Assembly: GCA_965197925.1 (NCBI GenBank)
Contig: CBDAOC010000018.1
Span: 160,001-224,000, forward strand
Reading direction: 5' to 3'
Origin: Nitrososphaerales archaeon
GTDB lineage: Archaea; Thermoproteota; Nitrososphaeria; Nitrososphaerales; UBA213
Length of the DNA: 64,000 nt
A program made the translations under genes and the position numbers. Shown piece by piece: positions 22,832-33,584 of this stretch. The notes beneath the pieces are model-generated. The model ran no database searches, was not told the origin of the DNA, and worked only from the letters and a program-made list of their open reading frames with translations. Position 1 is the stretch's first letter; each line of letters opens with the position of its first letter.

Positions 22832-23038
22832 TTGTAGTTTGGAGTATAAACAAAGTACAGACGTTTTGCCAGTAAGCCAGGGGGTGGCTACATAACCCCT
22901 TTCTCTTTTTTTCAGTGAATGAGACTTTTATCTTGTTCTAACTTTTCTTCCTGTTAATCAATCTGATATTGGCGATTCAGAATTATCATTATTATTCTTG
23001 AACCGAAAAGTGATTTTAAATCTAGAAACGATTCATCT

Positions 23039-26000
23039 TCATATGTGGCCAGTAGTTACTAAACGAAGAATAGAAAAAATTGGTTTTATATCTCCCTTAA
23101 TTATGAGCTTCACAGCGGAATAATGCCTCACCGTTCTGACAAGTCCCCCCCCAACATCATTCTCACCGCCATCTAACCTATCTATACCTATACCACCAAA
23201 CAAGTTATCATCTCCATCTTGTCCAAATAAACTGTCATCCTCTGTTCCACCAGACAAACCATCATTACCATCCCCACCAAATATACGGTCATTTCCAGAA
23301 CCACCAAATGCTCTGTCATTACCTTGACCAAGACTTATGAAGTCGTGTCCCATTCCACCACCTGCTGTATCATTACCATTTCCTCCAAATATCTTATCAT
23401 CTCCATCTCCACTACAGATTATGTCATTGCCGCCTAATCCAACTATGGTATCATTTCCTCCCAATCCATGGATTACATCAACTTCGCCTGTTCCCACAAG
23501 GATATCATTACCTGCAGTGCCTATTAGAGTAGGCATCACATTAAAGCAGTTTAGCCCAATTCCTTCAATATTTATGATACCATTAAACTCCTGGTTCATA
23601 GATGAACCATCTCTGATATCCATGTAATTTGCTTCAAGGTCCATCATCTCTGTTATCACAGATACGGGAGGAGTTTCAGGAGTGCCAGGCGTTGCATCAA
23701 CCAGTATCGCCATTGGTATGGTTATCTGTGCTACAAATGTTCCAGTATTGGTACCTGTCTCCAATAGTGTAGTATTTACTGCATTGAAGAAAGAGTCTAT
23801 TTCTCCTGGTGCACAGCTATTGGCATCACCACCTAGTATACCAGATACCGCTGGATCTACCTCTGAGCATACTCTTTCTTCACTTAACTCGAAGAAGACA
23901 AAACTATCAATGGGTAGGTGGTACCTCTCTTGGGAATCTGCTCTTCTGTTAAGGTCCTCATCCTTTATGGTCAGGAAGGCATCCTGTCCAAATGAGAATA
24001 AACTCCTATCCCATTCTATCATACCATCTCTAGTTTCGTAGTCGAATGTTACATTTACTTCCCTGAAGAAATCTACGCTGTCAGTATCGAAGTATGTGAA
24101 CGCTAATCTGTTGGGTGTAACTAATCTATTCGGTACCCACATCTTCACTGGATCACCAGTCAAGGTAATGTCAGCCAATATATCCGACACGGTGTCGAAT
24201 TGGTTGAACGTGAAAAAATCAGCCCTCCCGCTGAATACACTGGAGTTAGAACCATCTTCACCAAGGTCCATCCTGTAGGCAACGTTTGAGAATGCAGTAC
24301 CTATAGGTGAGGCGATATTGTCAGGCTCCTGATCGGTTGGTGCAGGAGAGAATACTACGCCGAGTCCAACTATGTCTACTAGTATGGTGTGGGCAACTAG
24401 ACTTATGATATCAGCCGTATCGATTATTCCTGAATCATCATCTAGTAAGAGTGTAGTTACTCTAATCTGGTCCTCTGGTTCAACCATTGGATAGTCTACC
24501 AAGTCAAGAACTCTGAATGCACCCACAGAGATCCTACTTGTTGTTAGGTCTCTGTCGAAACCAACAGCATCGCTACCTGTTAGTGTGTCCCAAGGATCAC
24601 CTGGTCCAATTACACCAGGAGACAAATCAGGTAAGCTATCATAAACTTCTCCAGTCAATGGATTTCCGTCTATGTCTCTATTGTCCGTCTCTTTTATCTG
24701 AAAGTCAACTATCTGTGATGCATGTACACATGTCTCGTCGAATGCGATCTCTGAATCTGTTTCTCCATCAGCCATACATGCTGGATCTACAGCGTCTATC
24801 TTTGCAACTAGTTGTTCGATTCCTGTTGTGGTATGAAGTTGTTGTACATTCATGTGCAGAAGGTTATACCTTGGCATGTCAACGGTAAGCAATTCATCAT
24901 CAGGTATAGGACCTGCGCCCAATAGGCCGAGAACTACATCCCTTCCTATTACCTCACCTGTAGATCTGGTGATTCTTGCTACTTGTGTGACAAAGTTCTC
25001 TTGCTGTTCATCCAGCAATGAACCGCCAAATTCCTGTAAGTTATTTACCCTTATCTGTCCCAGAATCTGGGCTTTAGTGGCCGTTGTACTGAATTGGACA
25101 TCATTGATATCGTCAATGGTTACACTGGTATCAATCATGATGGCATTGGGATTGTCAAAGCCGATCCGATCTGTGGTAAATACTAGGGAGAACTTGTCAT
25201 TTTCTGTTGGTAAATCAAATTCACTATCCCTGCTGACTGCTATAATATCAAAAAAATGAGCTTGGAACGCCTCTGGACCGAACGTGCCTCCTGTAGCGTC
25301 AACTACATCATCATCGTTGAAATCTGCAAGAACGTTAGCTCCTGTGTCATTTAGACCGAACAATGCAGTATCCCCTTGCGCTGACAAGAATATAGCTTCC
25401 CATATCTGAAGGACGTTGTTCAATGTTGGGTCAAATATTCCACCGGCATCAAGAGCAGTCCTCGTGTTAATTAGAGGGATTGGTTCTCCAACTTCTAATA
25501 TGTTGTTTGCATTCCTTCCATCACGTGGTTCACTTGCTGCGCTACTCAAGTTCTGGTCAGGATCTGTGACAATAAATACCGCTCTATCAGCAGAATCAAA
25601 AACCTCTCCATCAACACTTGTAATGCCATCATGTAAAGCAAATGGAACACTGCTGACTAAATCGAAGTACTTGAAATTAGCAATTCTGTCTCTAACACCT
25701 GCGAATATTGTAGACCTGTCACCTTTTCTTGCTTGACCCGTGTTGAAGCTGCCAGAGTTTGGTTTGGCTGATGCTTCATTGATCCTAACTACAGATGAAA
25801 GGTCTCCTGGTTGTGCAGCACTGATATCTATTGGTATAGCGGTACCTGGTAAGAATACAGTATCGATATCGTCAAATTCTGTAGTTAATCTGGCATTCTC
25901 TCTTACTAGAATGAATGAGGAGAGTCTGGTACAAAGTTCACTTCCCTATCCAGAGATTCTGAAAAGGCGAAGATCCATGCTACAGATTCAACTCCATCGT

Positions 26001-26268
26001 CAAGCTCGAGTATCTGTCTGTGGTCAAAGTCAATGTCGGGGAATATTGGAAGTACATCCTGTTTTTTAATTGATCCTTTTGGCGAGCTTAGAATCTTCTC
26101 TATGAATCCAGTGTCTTTGTTCAAGACCATAAAAAGTTGGTCAACTTCTCGTGGATTAATATTCCACTGAAAGTCGTTGATTTCGTAGAATATCTCTGCA
26201 CCCAGTAGATAAGAATTTCTATCTAGGGATGATGTAATAGATTCCGGCAAGTCATCAAATGTAAGTAT
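23039..26268 (-). pseudogene. Large acidic surface (S-layer-like) protein with C-terminal RTX Ca-binding repeats; frameshifted and 5'-truncated by IS5
   Basis: The 23039-25549 frame stays open to about 25915, then shifts to ORF 25906-26250; D.DLN and ETG.NTGTF motifs; GGxGxD nonapeptides; probable shift at a G run near 23146. Confidence 0.8.
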
Positions 26269-27148
26269 GAAGTCATCCCAATACTCTCCAATACATCATA
26301 ATCGACGAAATGATAACAAATGCCAGATAGTTTTGTGCATTCTTCTCATATCTGATCCTGGTTCTGTGGAACCCATTCTTCAACCAGGCAAAGAATCTCT
26401 CCACAACATAGCGCGTCTTGCCGTATAGGTATTGTTCTGTATTATCATTTTGTTGTTGTGTCTTACTGTTTTTTCTGTAAGGTATGCAGTCAGAGATTTT
26501 TCTTTTGGTGAGGTATTTCCTGATGAATTCTGCATCATAGCCCTTGTCTGCTTGGCACCGCGCAATTTTTCTGATAGATCTCTCATCCAGATATTGTGAG
26601 ATGCCATCCATCACGTCTACAAATCTTGCAGAGTCATGCTGATTTGCAGGACCCATCACTACTGAGACTGGCAGTCCGTTTTGTTCCACCGCAACGTGTA
26701 TTTTTGTGCCTGAAATCCTGTTGAATCCGTTGTATCCTATGACGCTTCCCCTTTTTTGGCCGGAACTGATGACGAATCGACCGTTTTTTGCAGCTGCATC
26801 TTGCCTGATCTGTGGGCTGATTTGACTGCAGCGGAGAGGATATTCTTCCATATTCCACGTCGCTGCCAGTTCTGCAGTCTGCGGTGCGCAGTTGATTTGG
26901 AGCCGTACCTTTGTGACATCCCAGTCCACCTGCATCCTGTTATCCCGACAAACAGGATTCCGTTGACTGTCTTTCTGTCGTCTGCCCTTGGCCTTCCGGT
27001 TCTGGCTGGCTTGGGGAGATGCGGTGATATCATCTTCCATTGTTCACCTGTTATCTCCTGAAATTTCATGATCTGCTACGGGCAGCATTGCAAATAGATC
27101 CAAATGATCGTCAATTATTCACTAAATGATCAGTTTTGGGATCAGTTG
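26269..27148 (-). mobile_element. IS5-family element type B, copy 1 (apparently intact, -1 frameshift type)
   Basis: ORFs 26737-27069 and 26273-27040 overlap at GCC AAA AAA GGG G; imperfect TIRs; DKGYD and RYVVERFFAW motifs. Confidence 0.93.
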
Positions 27149-28757
27149 GATAAAGGTAAACGTTGACTTCGTAGAACTTTCAGCTTGATGTATAACTTCC
27201 CATCCTTTTCGAATGTTTCAATGTGCTCAATATCCCGTTTTCCTAAATTACCAAACCCTCGTTGCTTCCATTTACCATTGAACCTATAAAATCCATTTTG
27301 AAGGTAGAACACGTCATCAGCATGATCCTTGGAAGAAAACTCACCTAACTCCGAGGAGTCTAGGCCAAGTTCTTTGGTGGTGCAGATTGAATCGGTTGCA
27401 AAACTAACAACACCCCTTCCCAAGGCATTATCAACCACAAATTTGTAAAGCTAAGCTCTAGTACTCCCTGTTATGGTTGCAAAAATAACAGGGCAGAATA
27501 AGTTTCCTATTACGTGTTTAACTTTCTGGCCTGTCTTTCCGTATATAGAATTTAGAATTAACTTTATGACTGATTGACGTGGATCGTTAGCAGTCTTTAG
27601 TTCCATCCTTTTCTGGTAAAGGTCTTCAATAAAGTTCTTGTATGGACGATAATCAGAGTTTGGGATAAACTGCCGAGATTGCAATATTTTATAATATGTA
27701 TTTGGACATGCTCTCAGCTCATCTATCGTTGCATATGTTATGAAACGGCCAGAAGGAAAGCTCAAGTCGCCATTAACTCTAAAAGGAAATGGTGCGATGT
27801 AATTCCCGTCTGGAATGTCTGCCAGAATTTTGAAAAAGCCTAGCTTTGCGTCATAATGAATATTGTTTCCATTTATCCACCTTCCGTCAGTCAGATCTGG
27901 AAGTTTAGCATTTTATCTGGATATGCCGAGTTTATATCATATAGGAATGCCTTGCCAATGAACCCACGTTTCAGCATCTCAAATCTTCCCCCAAAATATG
28001 ATCGAAAAGCCAAGTCCTGTACGTCATAGGGAATGGAATCAAACAGTGGAAAGTTTAACCCACTGTTTATCACCACCTTTTCTGCTAGATATGCAGGTGA
28101 GAGCCATTTTTGTGGAAAAAATCCAAAGATATCATAAAACAGATGTATCCAATGTTGTGATAACTCTTCCGTATACTTACAGTCCTGAATACAATAATTT
28201 CTTACCTCATTAGTATTACGGCGATAAAACCTTGGAGAAAATTGACTTCTATCCCCCTTGAAACCTAGATACGACTCATCTACGGGGCCTATATTATCTT
28301 GGTAATCCTTTGCAAGACCCTTACCGTAGAATTGCGCTATATCATAAAACTTTACGGAATGATGACCTTTATTGATAGTGAGACATTTTTTCGGATAGTA
28401 AGTATAGCGGTAATCTCCATACTTGAACGATAATTTTCCAGTAGTCTTATACGTGCTTAACGCATTCCCAAACACTGCTTTTAAAATAACTTCAGCATCA
28501 TATTCCAATCGATAGAAGAAATTCCATGCACCTTGGTACTTCTTACAATAAAGAAATCTTGTCAAAGACATAGGCGTTATTTTATCGAGATACCTTTTAT
28601 CAGAATCTGCTATTAGAAATACATCGCCCTGATAGGTTTCTACATCTACAGCATAGACTTTTCGTGGTTCTGATTTTGCTGGATCTCTGTACTGGATTTT
28701 ATTAGTCCATAACTTTCGTAGATCCTTGTAGTCTGTTATGGAGATGGATTCTGCCAT
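27149..28757 (-). pseudogene. Protein-primed family B DNA polymerase (casposon-type); one frameshift, one in-frame stop, 3'-truncated by IS5
   Basis: ExoI VDVET, ExoIII YCIQD, SYFGGRFE, motif A YDINSAYP, motif B KLILNSIYGKTGQ, motif C ATDS across ORFs 27891-28757, 27451-27765, 27142-27438. Confidence 0.9.
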
Positions 28758-29081
28758 ACGACATCAGGAATTGACCCTTCTTTGCCTTCTTTTCTTGCCT
28801 TGAATTCCTTTCGTATCTCCTGATATGGTACTTCCGGAAAGTTATCATGAATCAATCTTATGTAGCGATGATAATTTTTTAGTTTGCTTGACCGTGATAT
28901 TTTTCCTTCAGATTTCCTTTCTTCCTCCTCCACTTCTCTTTCAGCCCTTCTTCGCTTTTGTCTTGATTTTTTCCAGCTTTGATGTAAGCTCCTTTCTTAG
29001 TTGCCTCACCGTTCTTGTGTTTGGAAAATTCTTTAGGGTCCTTATGAGTTCAATTAATTTACTATCATCAAGTTGGGACAT
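28736..29081 (-). pseudogene. Small basic protein overlapping the pPolB start, frameshifted
   Basis: MSQLDDSKLIELIRTL... from 29081 shifts into ORF 28736-28933 (RSSKLKNYHRYIRLIHDNFP...WQNPSP). Confidence 0.6.
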
Positions 29082-29109
29082 TCATTATCACTTCCGAAAT
29101 AAAAAATCC

Positions 29110-29469
29110 TTAGGGCGATCTGCTTTCGAATTCAAAAACAAATCGCCTGATAGTTCTCCCTGTTGTCAGTGACTTCCCTAACCATGTTTTTAGTTTGAAT
29201 TTTATACCTGGTTTGATGAGTCCCTCCTCATATGTGCTCCATTGGTTCTGTAGACTGACATTGTTGGACGTGTTTGATTTCAGTAGAATTACAACGTCGT
29301 GGAATTTGTCGTCTTGTTTTAGCTGTGCTTTGACATTCGTAGAATACATGGTCTCGAATGTCTCGATATCTGTTATCTTCATCTCTAGGATGTCTGGATT
29401 GTTTGCGTCACTGGATTTGTAGGGCCCCCAATTGACGAATGGAGCCCAGTTAGTTCGGTCCTGTGTCAT
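29110..29469 (-). CDS. Hypothetical beta-rich protein in the pPolB operon (possible OB-fold SSB)
   Basis: 119 aa, overlaps the upstream gene; aromatic and beta-strand pattern; fold is inference. Confidence 0.6.
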   Translation of the reverse strand: MTQDRTNWAPFVNWGPYKSSDANNPDILEMKITDIETFETMYSTNVKAQLKQDDKFHDVVILLKSNTSNNVSLQNQWSTYEEGLIKPGIKFKLKTWLGKSLTTGRTIRRFVFEFESRSP

Positions 29470-29653
29470 TGCTCTTTATCCCCTTAATGGGCGTCAGAGT
29501 GAGCTTTCCATCTGTACCCATGGTCATATATACTCTCATTCCTTTATCCAGGAAATTGTCGGTGAATGTCTTAGGCAAAGTAACCACTTTTGAAAAATTC
29601 ATGGTGCTCACCTTCCTTATGCCTAGATTCAGATTCTTCTTCATATTTTTCAT
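29450..29653 (-). CDS. AbrB/SpoVT-like DNA-binding protein
   Basis: RKV...SKVVTLPK....G..V.M...DGKLTLTP swapped-hairpin pattern. Confidence 0.7.
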   Translation of the reverse strand: MKNMKKNLNLGIRKVSTMNFSKVVTLPKTFTDNFLDKGMRVYMTMGTDGKLTLTPIKGIKSNDTGPN

Positions 29654-29720
29654 TTCAATCGTTATGCTTTACGTTATCTTATTATATATGACCTATGTTA
29701 AGTAGGTTGACCTATAAATA

Positions 29721-30359
29721 ATGATTAGCAGTGAACCACGCAGAACAGACAAGAGTGTCCCTAGGAGGACGGAGTTTGGAGAAGTAAAGCAAAGAGAGAT
29801 ATCGATTCTTAAAACCATCAAGGAACATCCAAACATACATCACAACGCATTGAAGAAAATTATTGTTGAGGAGCTGGATCTTGTAGCAATTAAAACATTT
29901 GACCGATTAATAAAAGAATTGATAAAAACTTACAAGATTTCTTTTACTTATGAGAATAATAAAAAGCTCTATTCGATTCCAAATATTTCAATTCTACAAG
30001 ATTCTCAGGATTTAATAATACCGTATCTAAACTCTATGAACGAGCATCTTAAAATATTTGAAAAAGTGTATCCAAGGCTGTCTTATTATGAGAAGGTTGT
30101 AATTTCAGAGCATTTTGTTAAACAATTGCTGAGTAACTTATACGGGATAGATTTGTACCGTCAAATTAATTCTGATAAAAAAATAGAAGATTATCTTCAA
30201 ATCAAAGATGATTTTATGAAAAAGATAAGGAAGATTTTAGAAATATTCTCCCACGATTCTGCCGGTGGTGCTTTAACTTCCAACCTTCTATTTAGCATAA
30301 TAAATCTGAATCCAGATCAGAATGCCGAAGTAGCCTCCCTAATGAATTCTAAGAAATAA
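29721..30359 (+). CDS. Winged-HTH-like regulator, divergent from the pPolB operon
   Basis: ILKTIKEHPNIHHNALKK...KTFDRLIKEL...KLY N-terminal wHTH pattern. Confidence 0.65.
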   Translation: MISSEPRRTDKSVPRRTEFGEVKQREISILKTIKEHPNIHHNALKKIIVEELDLVAIKTFDRLIKELIKTYKISFTYENNKKLYSIPNISILQDSQDLIIPYLNSMNEHLKIFEKVYPRLSYYEKVVISEHFVKQLLSNLYGIDLYRQINSDKKIEDYLQIKDDFMKKIRKILEIFSHDSAGGALTSNLLFSIINLNPDQNAEVASLMNSKK

Positions 30360-30374
30360 TAAAATTCCTCTATT

Positions 30375-30605
30375 CTAATCAGATCCACTTCCAGAGTCCA
30401 CCTTGAGGACCTCACAAAATTCTTCTACAATAGTTATTTCGGAGAGGCTCTTTACCTTTGGTTCTCTGCTTGATTGCGTTTCTATTTTTTCTTTGATTAC
30501 TTTCCGTATAGGAGCTGAAGGAGTGCATCCCTCTTTGTTGCATATATCCACTAATCTATTATGTTCATCCTCTGTAAGTTTGTTAGATACCATTCGTTGA
30601 CCCAC
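30375..30605 (-). CDS. Small RHH/CopG-like protein (left IR copy)
   Basis: RMVSNKLTEDEHNRLVDICNKEGCTPS strand-helix-helix pattern. Confidence 0.6.
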   Translation of the reverse strand: MGQRMVSNKLTEDEHNRLVDICNKEGCTPSAPIRKVIKEKIETQSSREPKVKSLSEITIVEEFCEVLKVDSGSGSD

Positions 30606-30670
30606 GGTAGACCTAGGTAGACAATAGATAGACCTGAGCTAAAAAACTTTCGATTATAATAAATTCAACG

Positions 30671-30777
30671 CTTACGACAAGCGTCAGTTTTCTAGGCGTA
30701 AAAGGGGGGGATACCATTTTTATTCAGTAGCTATAAAAAGTGATTCCCCCCTCCTAGGCACGGATTTGTGTCGCTTA
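30671..30777. mobile_element. Head-to-head pair of putative casposon termini
   Basis: ...AAAAGGGGGGGATACCATT, about 19 bp, then AAGTGATTCCCCCCTCCTAGG...; each side has a further copy at 31723 or 34277. Confidence 0.6.
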
Positions 30778-30861
30778 CTAGATTATAATACACGTTATGG
30801 TCTACCTCTATAATCGAAAGTTTTTTAGCTCAGGTCTATCTATTGTCTACCTAGGTCTACC

Positions 30862-31092
30862 GTGGGTCAACGAATGGTATCTAACAAACTTACAGAGGAT
30901 GAACATAATAGATTAGTGGATATATGCAACAAAGAGGGATGCACTCCTTCAGCTCCTATACGGAAAGTAATCAAAGAAAAAATAGAAACGCAATCAAGCA
31001 GAGAACCAAAGGTAAAGAGCCTCTCCGAAATAACTATTGTAGAAGAATTTTGTGAGGTCCTCAAGGTGGACTCTGGAAGTGGATCTGATTAG
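30862..31092 (+). CDS. Small RHH/CopG-like protein (right IR copy)
   Basis: Identical to 30375-30605. Confidence 0.6.
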   Translation: MGQRMVSNKLTEDEHNRLVDICNKEGCTPSAPIRKVIKEKIETQSSREPKVKSLSEITIVEEFCEVLKVDSGSGSD

Positions 31093-31247
31093 AATAGAGG
31101 AATTTTATTATTTCTAATTAAGCAATGCAGCTAAGGTAATCAATATCCTTCTTTTGGGCGATATTTTTTACCATATATAAAAACAAAGGTGTAGATCCCC
31201 AACTATAATTAACCCTATATGATCCTTATAGAATAAATGATTGAGAA

Positions 31248-31722
31248 ATGAAAGTGTGGAGATCCTTCGGGGAAGCCAGAAAGTTTGTACATTCATTAAA
31301 ACTAAAAAATAAGAACGAGTGGCAACAATATTGCAAGTCTGACGAAAAACCTGGTGATATTCCGTCTTCACCGGATAAGATCTATCGAAATAAGAGTTGG
31401 TATGGTTATCTTGACTGGTTAGGGAACGAGGCGAAAAGGGGTAGAAAACTTTGGCTAGGAAAGCATTTTGCAGAAGAACGTCAGAGAAAGCTGAACAAGG
31501 CGGGAAGGGGTAGAAAGAAATCGGAAGAACATAAAAGAAAGAAGAGCAGGTAAAAACGGTAAAAAAAGAACAGAAGAATCAAAGAGAAAGATGAGTGAGG
31601 CGGCAAAGGGCAAAACAAATTCTGGTCACTTCAAAAAAGAGGTAATACCTTAAAATAGAGGAAAAAGAGGAGTATATTCAGAAGAAACTAAGAGAAAGAA
31701 GAGCGAGGCGATGAATGGTAAA
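31248..31722 (+). pseudogene. Integrase-repeat-unit protein with NUMOD3-like repeats, broken
   Basis: SFGEARKFVHSLKLK...EW..YCK....DIPSSPDKIY....WYGYLDWLG, then SEEHKRKKS, TEESKRKMSEA and SEETKRKKSEA across stops and shifts. Confidence 0.7.
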
Positions 31723-31761
31723 AAGAGTATCCCCCTCCTAGGCACGGATTTGTGTCGCTTA
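31723..31761 (+). repeat. Third terminus-like motif
   Basis: AAGAGTATCCCCCTCCTAGGCACGGATTTGTGTCGCTTA; last 31 nt identical to 30747-30777. Confidence 0.85.
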
Positions 31762-32142
31762 TCTAAATTAATACGCAGGTTATGATTAGTTGGATAATGG
31801 TTAAGATCTTAATAAGTCAATACATTGTGAAAAGTTTATTCTTGCACAGTTATGGACTTTTAATAAAAGTCAAGAATATCAGATTAGTATTCTCTTAAGG
31901 AATAGATCCCTTCAATGACAATAGGGAAATCTTAGAGCTGCCTGCAAGAGCTTGTCCATTTTAAAGTGATCATACAGGGGAATGGTTATGTTTCTATTGA
32001 AGCATTGTAGTACTTGTCAGAATCAAATATCAATGTAGTATTGTTGGATAAGCATGGTAAGTTATACACCTTGATTAAACTGTAGATAGACCTTGGTATA
32101 TGTTAATTAACTTTAAAATCGAGATTATACATATGATATATT

Positions 32143-32349
32143 TTGAAAGTTGCAAGTACGAATTTGGACAACATATCAAATGATAAGATTATAAAAAAAT
32201 GCAAATCATGCAGAGAGAGTATTGCCGAACACATAAAGAACCTTATTTTACAAAATCTAAATGAAGATAACCAGGTTCCTAAACTTAGGATTACTGGTAT
32301 TGATGATATTCCTTACCAGAATGGAGAGCTAAATTTCGAAGATGAGTAG
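32143..32349 (+). CDS. Hypothetical protein (CxxC), possibly remnant
   Basis: 68 aa TTG ORF with KKCKSC. Confidence 0.35.
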   Translation: MKVASTNLDNISNDKIIKKCKSCRESIAEHIKNLILQNLNEDNQVPKLRITGIDDIPYQNGELNFEDE

Positions 32350-32614
32350 ATAGAGATTGAAGATTGAAGTGTCCGTCTGATTATGAGGGAAGTAGCTAAG
32401 GAAGAATTTGATAATCAGACTTTGTGCAAGAAGTGTAGAAGAAGAACCAGGTAATCAGCAGGGCCTGACTGCGAGAGTCTACATACCTAACCTTAAGTAT
32501 TAATTATTCGTAACATATGCAAACACATGATTAGTGATGAACGGATATTATTCGGCCCTGACAGCAGCTTCTACATAGCCATATATACCCCTTATTGAAA
32601 ATTAGAAACAATAT

Positions 32615-33178
32615 ATGCCACAAACAAAGGCGGTTGTTAGCGTAGAAAATGTCGTTGCGTCTGCAAGCGTAAATCAAAGGATAAATCTTAACGATATAAC
32701 ACAAAAATTTCCTGACGTCGAATACCATCCCGATCAGTTCCCGGGCTTGGTCTTTAGGATAAAATCACCCAAAACCGCTACCTTAATCTTCAGTACTGGC
32801 AAGATGGTTTGTACAGGTGGCAAATCAGAAGATCAATCTATCAAGGCTGTAAATAGTGTAGTTCAGAAACTGAAGAAGGGTGGGATTCCCATAGAAAACG
32901 AACCTTCCATAGAGATACAGAACATAGTTGCATCTGTCAATCTAGGGGGCAAGATAAACATAGAACTTGCTGCTAGAGTGTTACCTAGGAGCATGTATGA
33001 GCCAGAGCAGTTCCCTGGCTTGATACACAGAATACTGGATCCTAAAAGTGTAATACTTCTATTTGCTAGCGGTAAGCTCGTATGTACTGGTACCAAGAAG
33101 GAGAACGAGGTTTATAGAGTAATAAACGCGTTGCATATACTGCTGGAAGAGAAGGAGTTAATGATATACGAGAGTTAA
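32615..33178 (+). CDS. tbp: TATA-box-binding protein
   Basis: Two repeats: ENVVAS..YHPDQFPGLVFR..LIFSTGKMVCTG and QNIVAS..YEPEQFPGL..LLFASGKLVCTG. Confidence 0.97.
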   Translation: MPQTKAVVSVENVVASASVNQRINLNDITQKFPDVEYHPDQFPGLVFRIKSPKTATLIFSTGKMVCTGGKSEDQSIKAVNSVVQKLKKGGIPIENEPSIEIQNIVASVNLGGKINIELAARVLPRSMYEPEQFPGLIHRILDPKSVILLFASGKLVCTGTKKENEVYRVINALHILLEEKELMIYES

Positions 33179-33214
33179 ATCTTCTGTTTGATCTGTTTTC
33201 TCGAACGATAACCA

Positions 33215-33244
33215 GTTTGAATCGAACTATTATAGAATTGAAAG
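33215..33244 (+). CRISPR. Solitary 30-bp CRISPR-type repeat
   Basis: GTTTGAATCGAACTATTATAGAATTGAAAG, same family as the repeats at 33585 and 33651. Confidence 0.75.
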
Positions 33245-33584
33245 TCTTAAGAATATCTTAAGACCATGTGGTATAATCTGGATGCTGATGATGAAAGGAA
33301 AAGCCGTCTGAAGTTTGATGAATAATATAGGCGAGTTGAAGCATCCTCTAAAGCCCACATTGATGGAATCTTGACAATCTTATCAGTCTTGGGAGTAGTT
33401 GGAGAGTATTTGAAGAGTGTTTTAATGTAATCTTAAGAAATGTTAAGAGTGGTTTGAGAGTATTTGAAGACCATCATAAGAGTATTTTAATACTCAATCA
33501 TAATTATAATTACGTACAGGGTCTTCTCGATTCTATTCGTGGAAAACTACTTGTAGAAAATTCTACGAATAGAATCTATATCAT

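Larger units (their letters stand above)
30352..31115. repeat. 307-bp inverted repeat (30352-30658 / 30809-31115) with 150-bp centre
   Basis: Arms are reverse complements and encode identical 76-aa ORFs on opposite strands. Confidence 0.95.

Noticed and set aside
23337..26069. Several plus-strand ORFs of about 60-135 aa
   Set aside because: Antisense shadows of the surface-protein gene
33543..33560. CTACTTGTAGA resembles the Cas12a repeat stem
   Set aside because: Single short copy inside a larger hairpin, and no type V gene in the window
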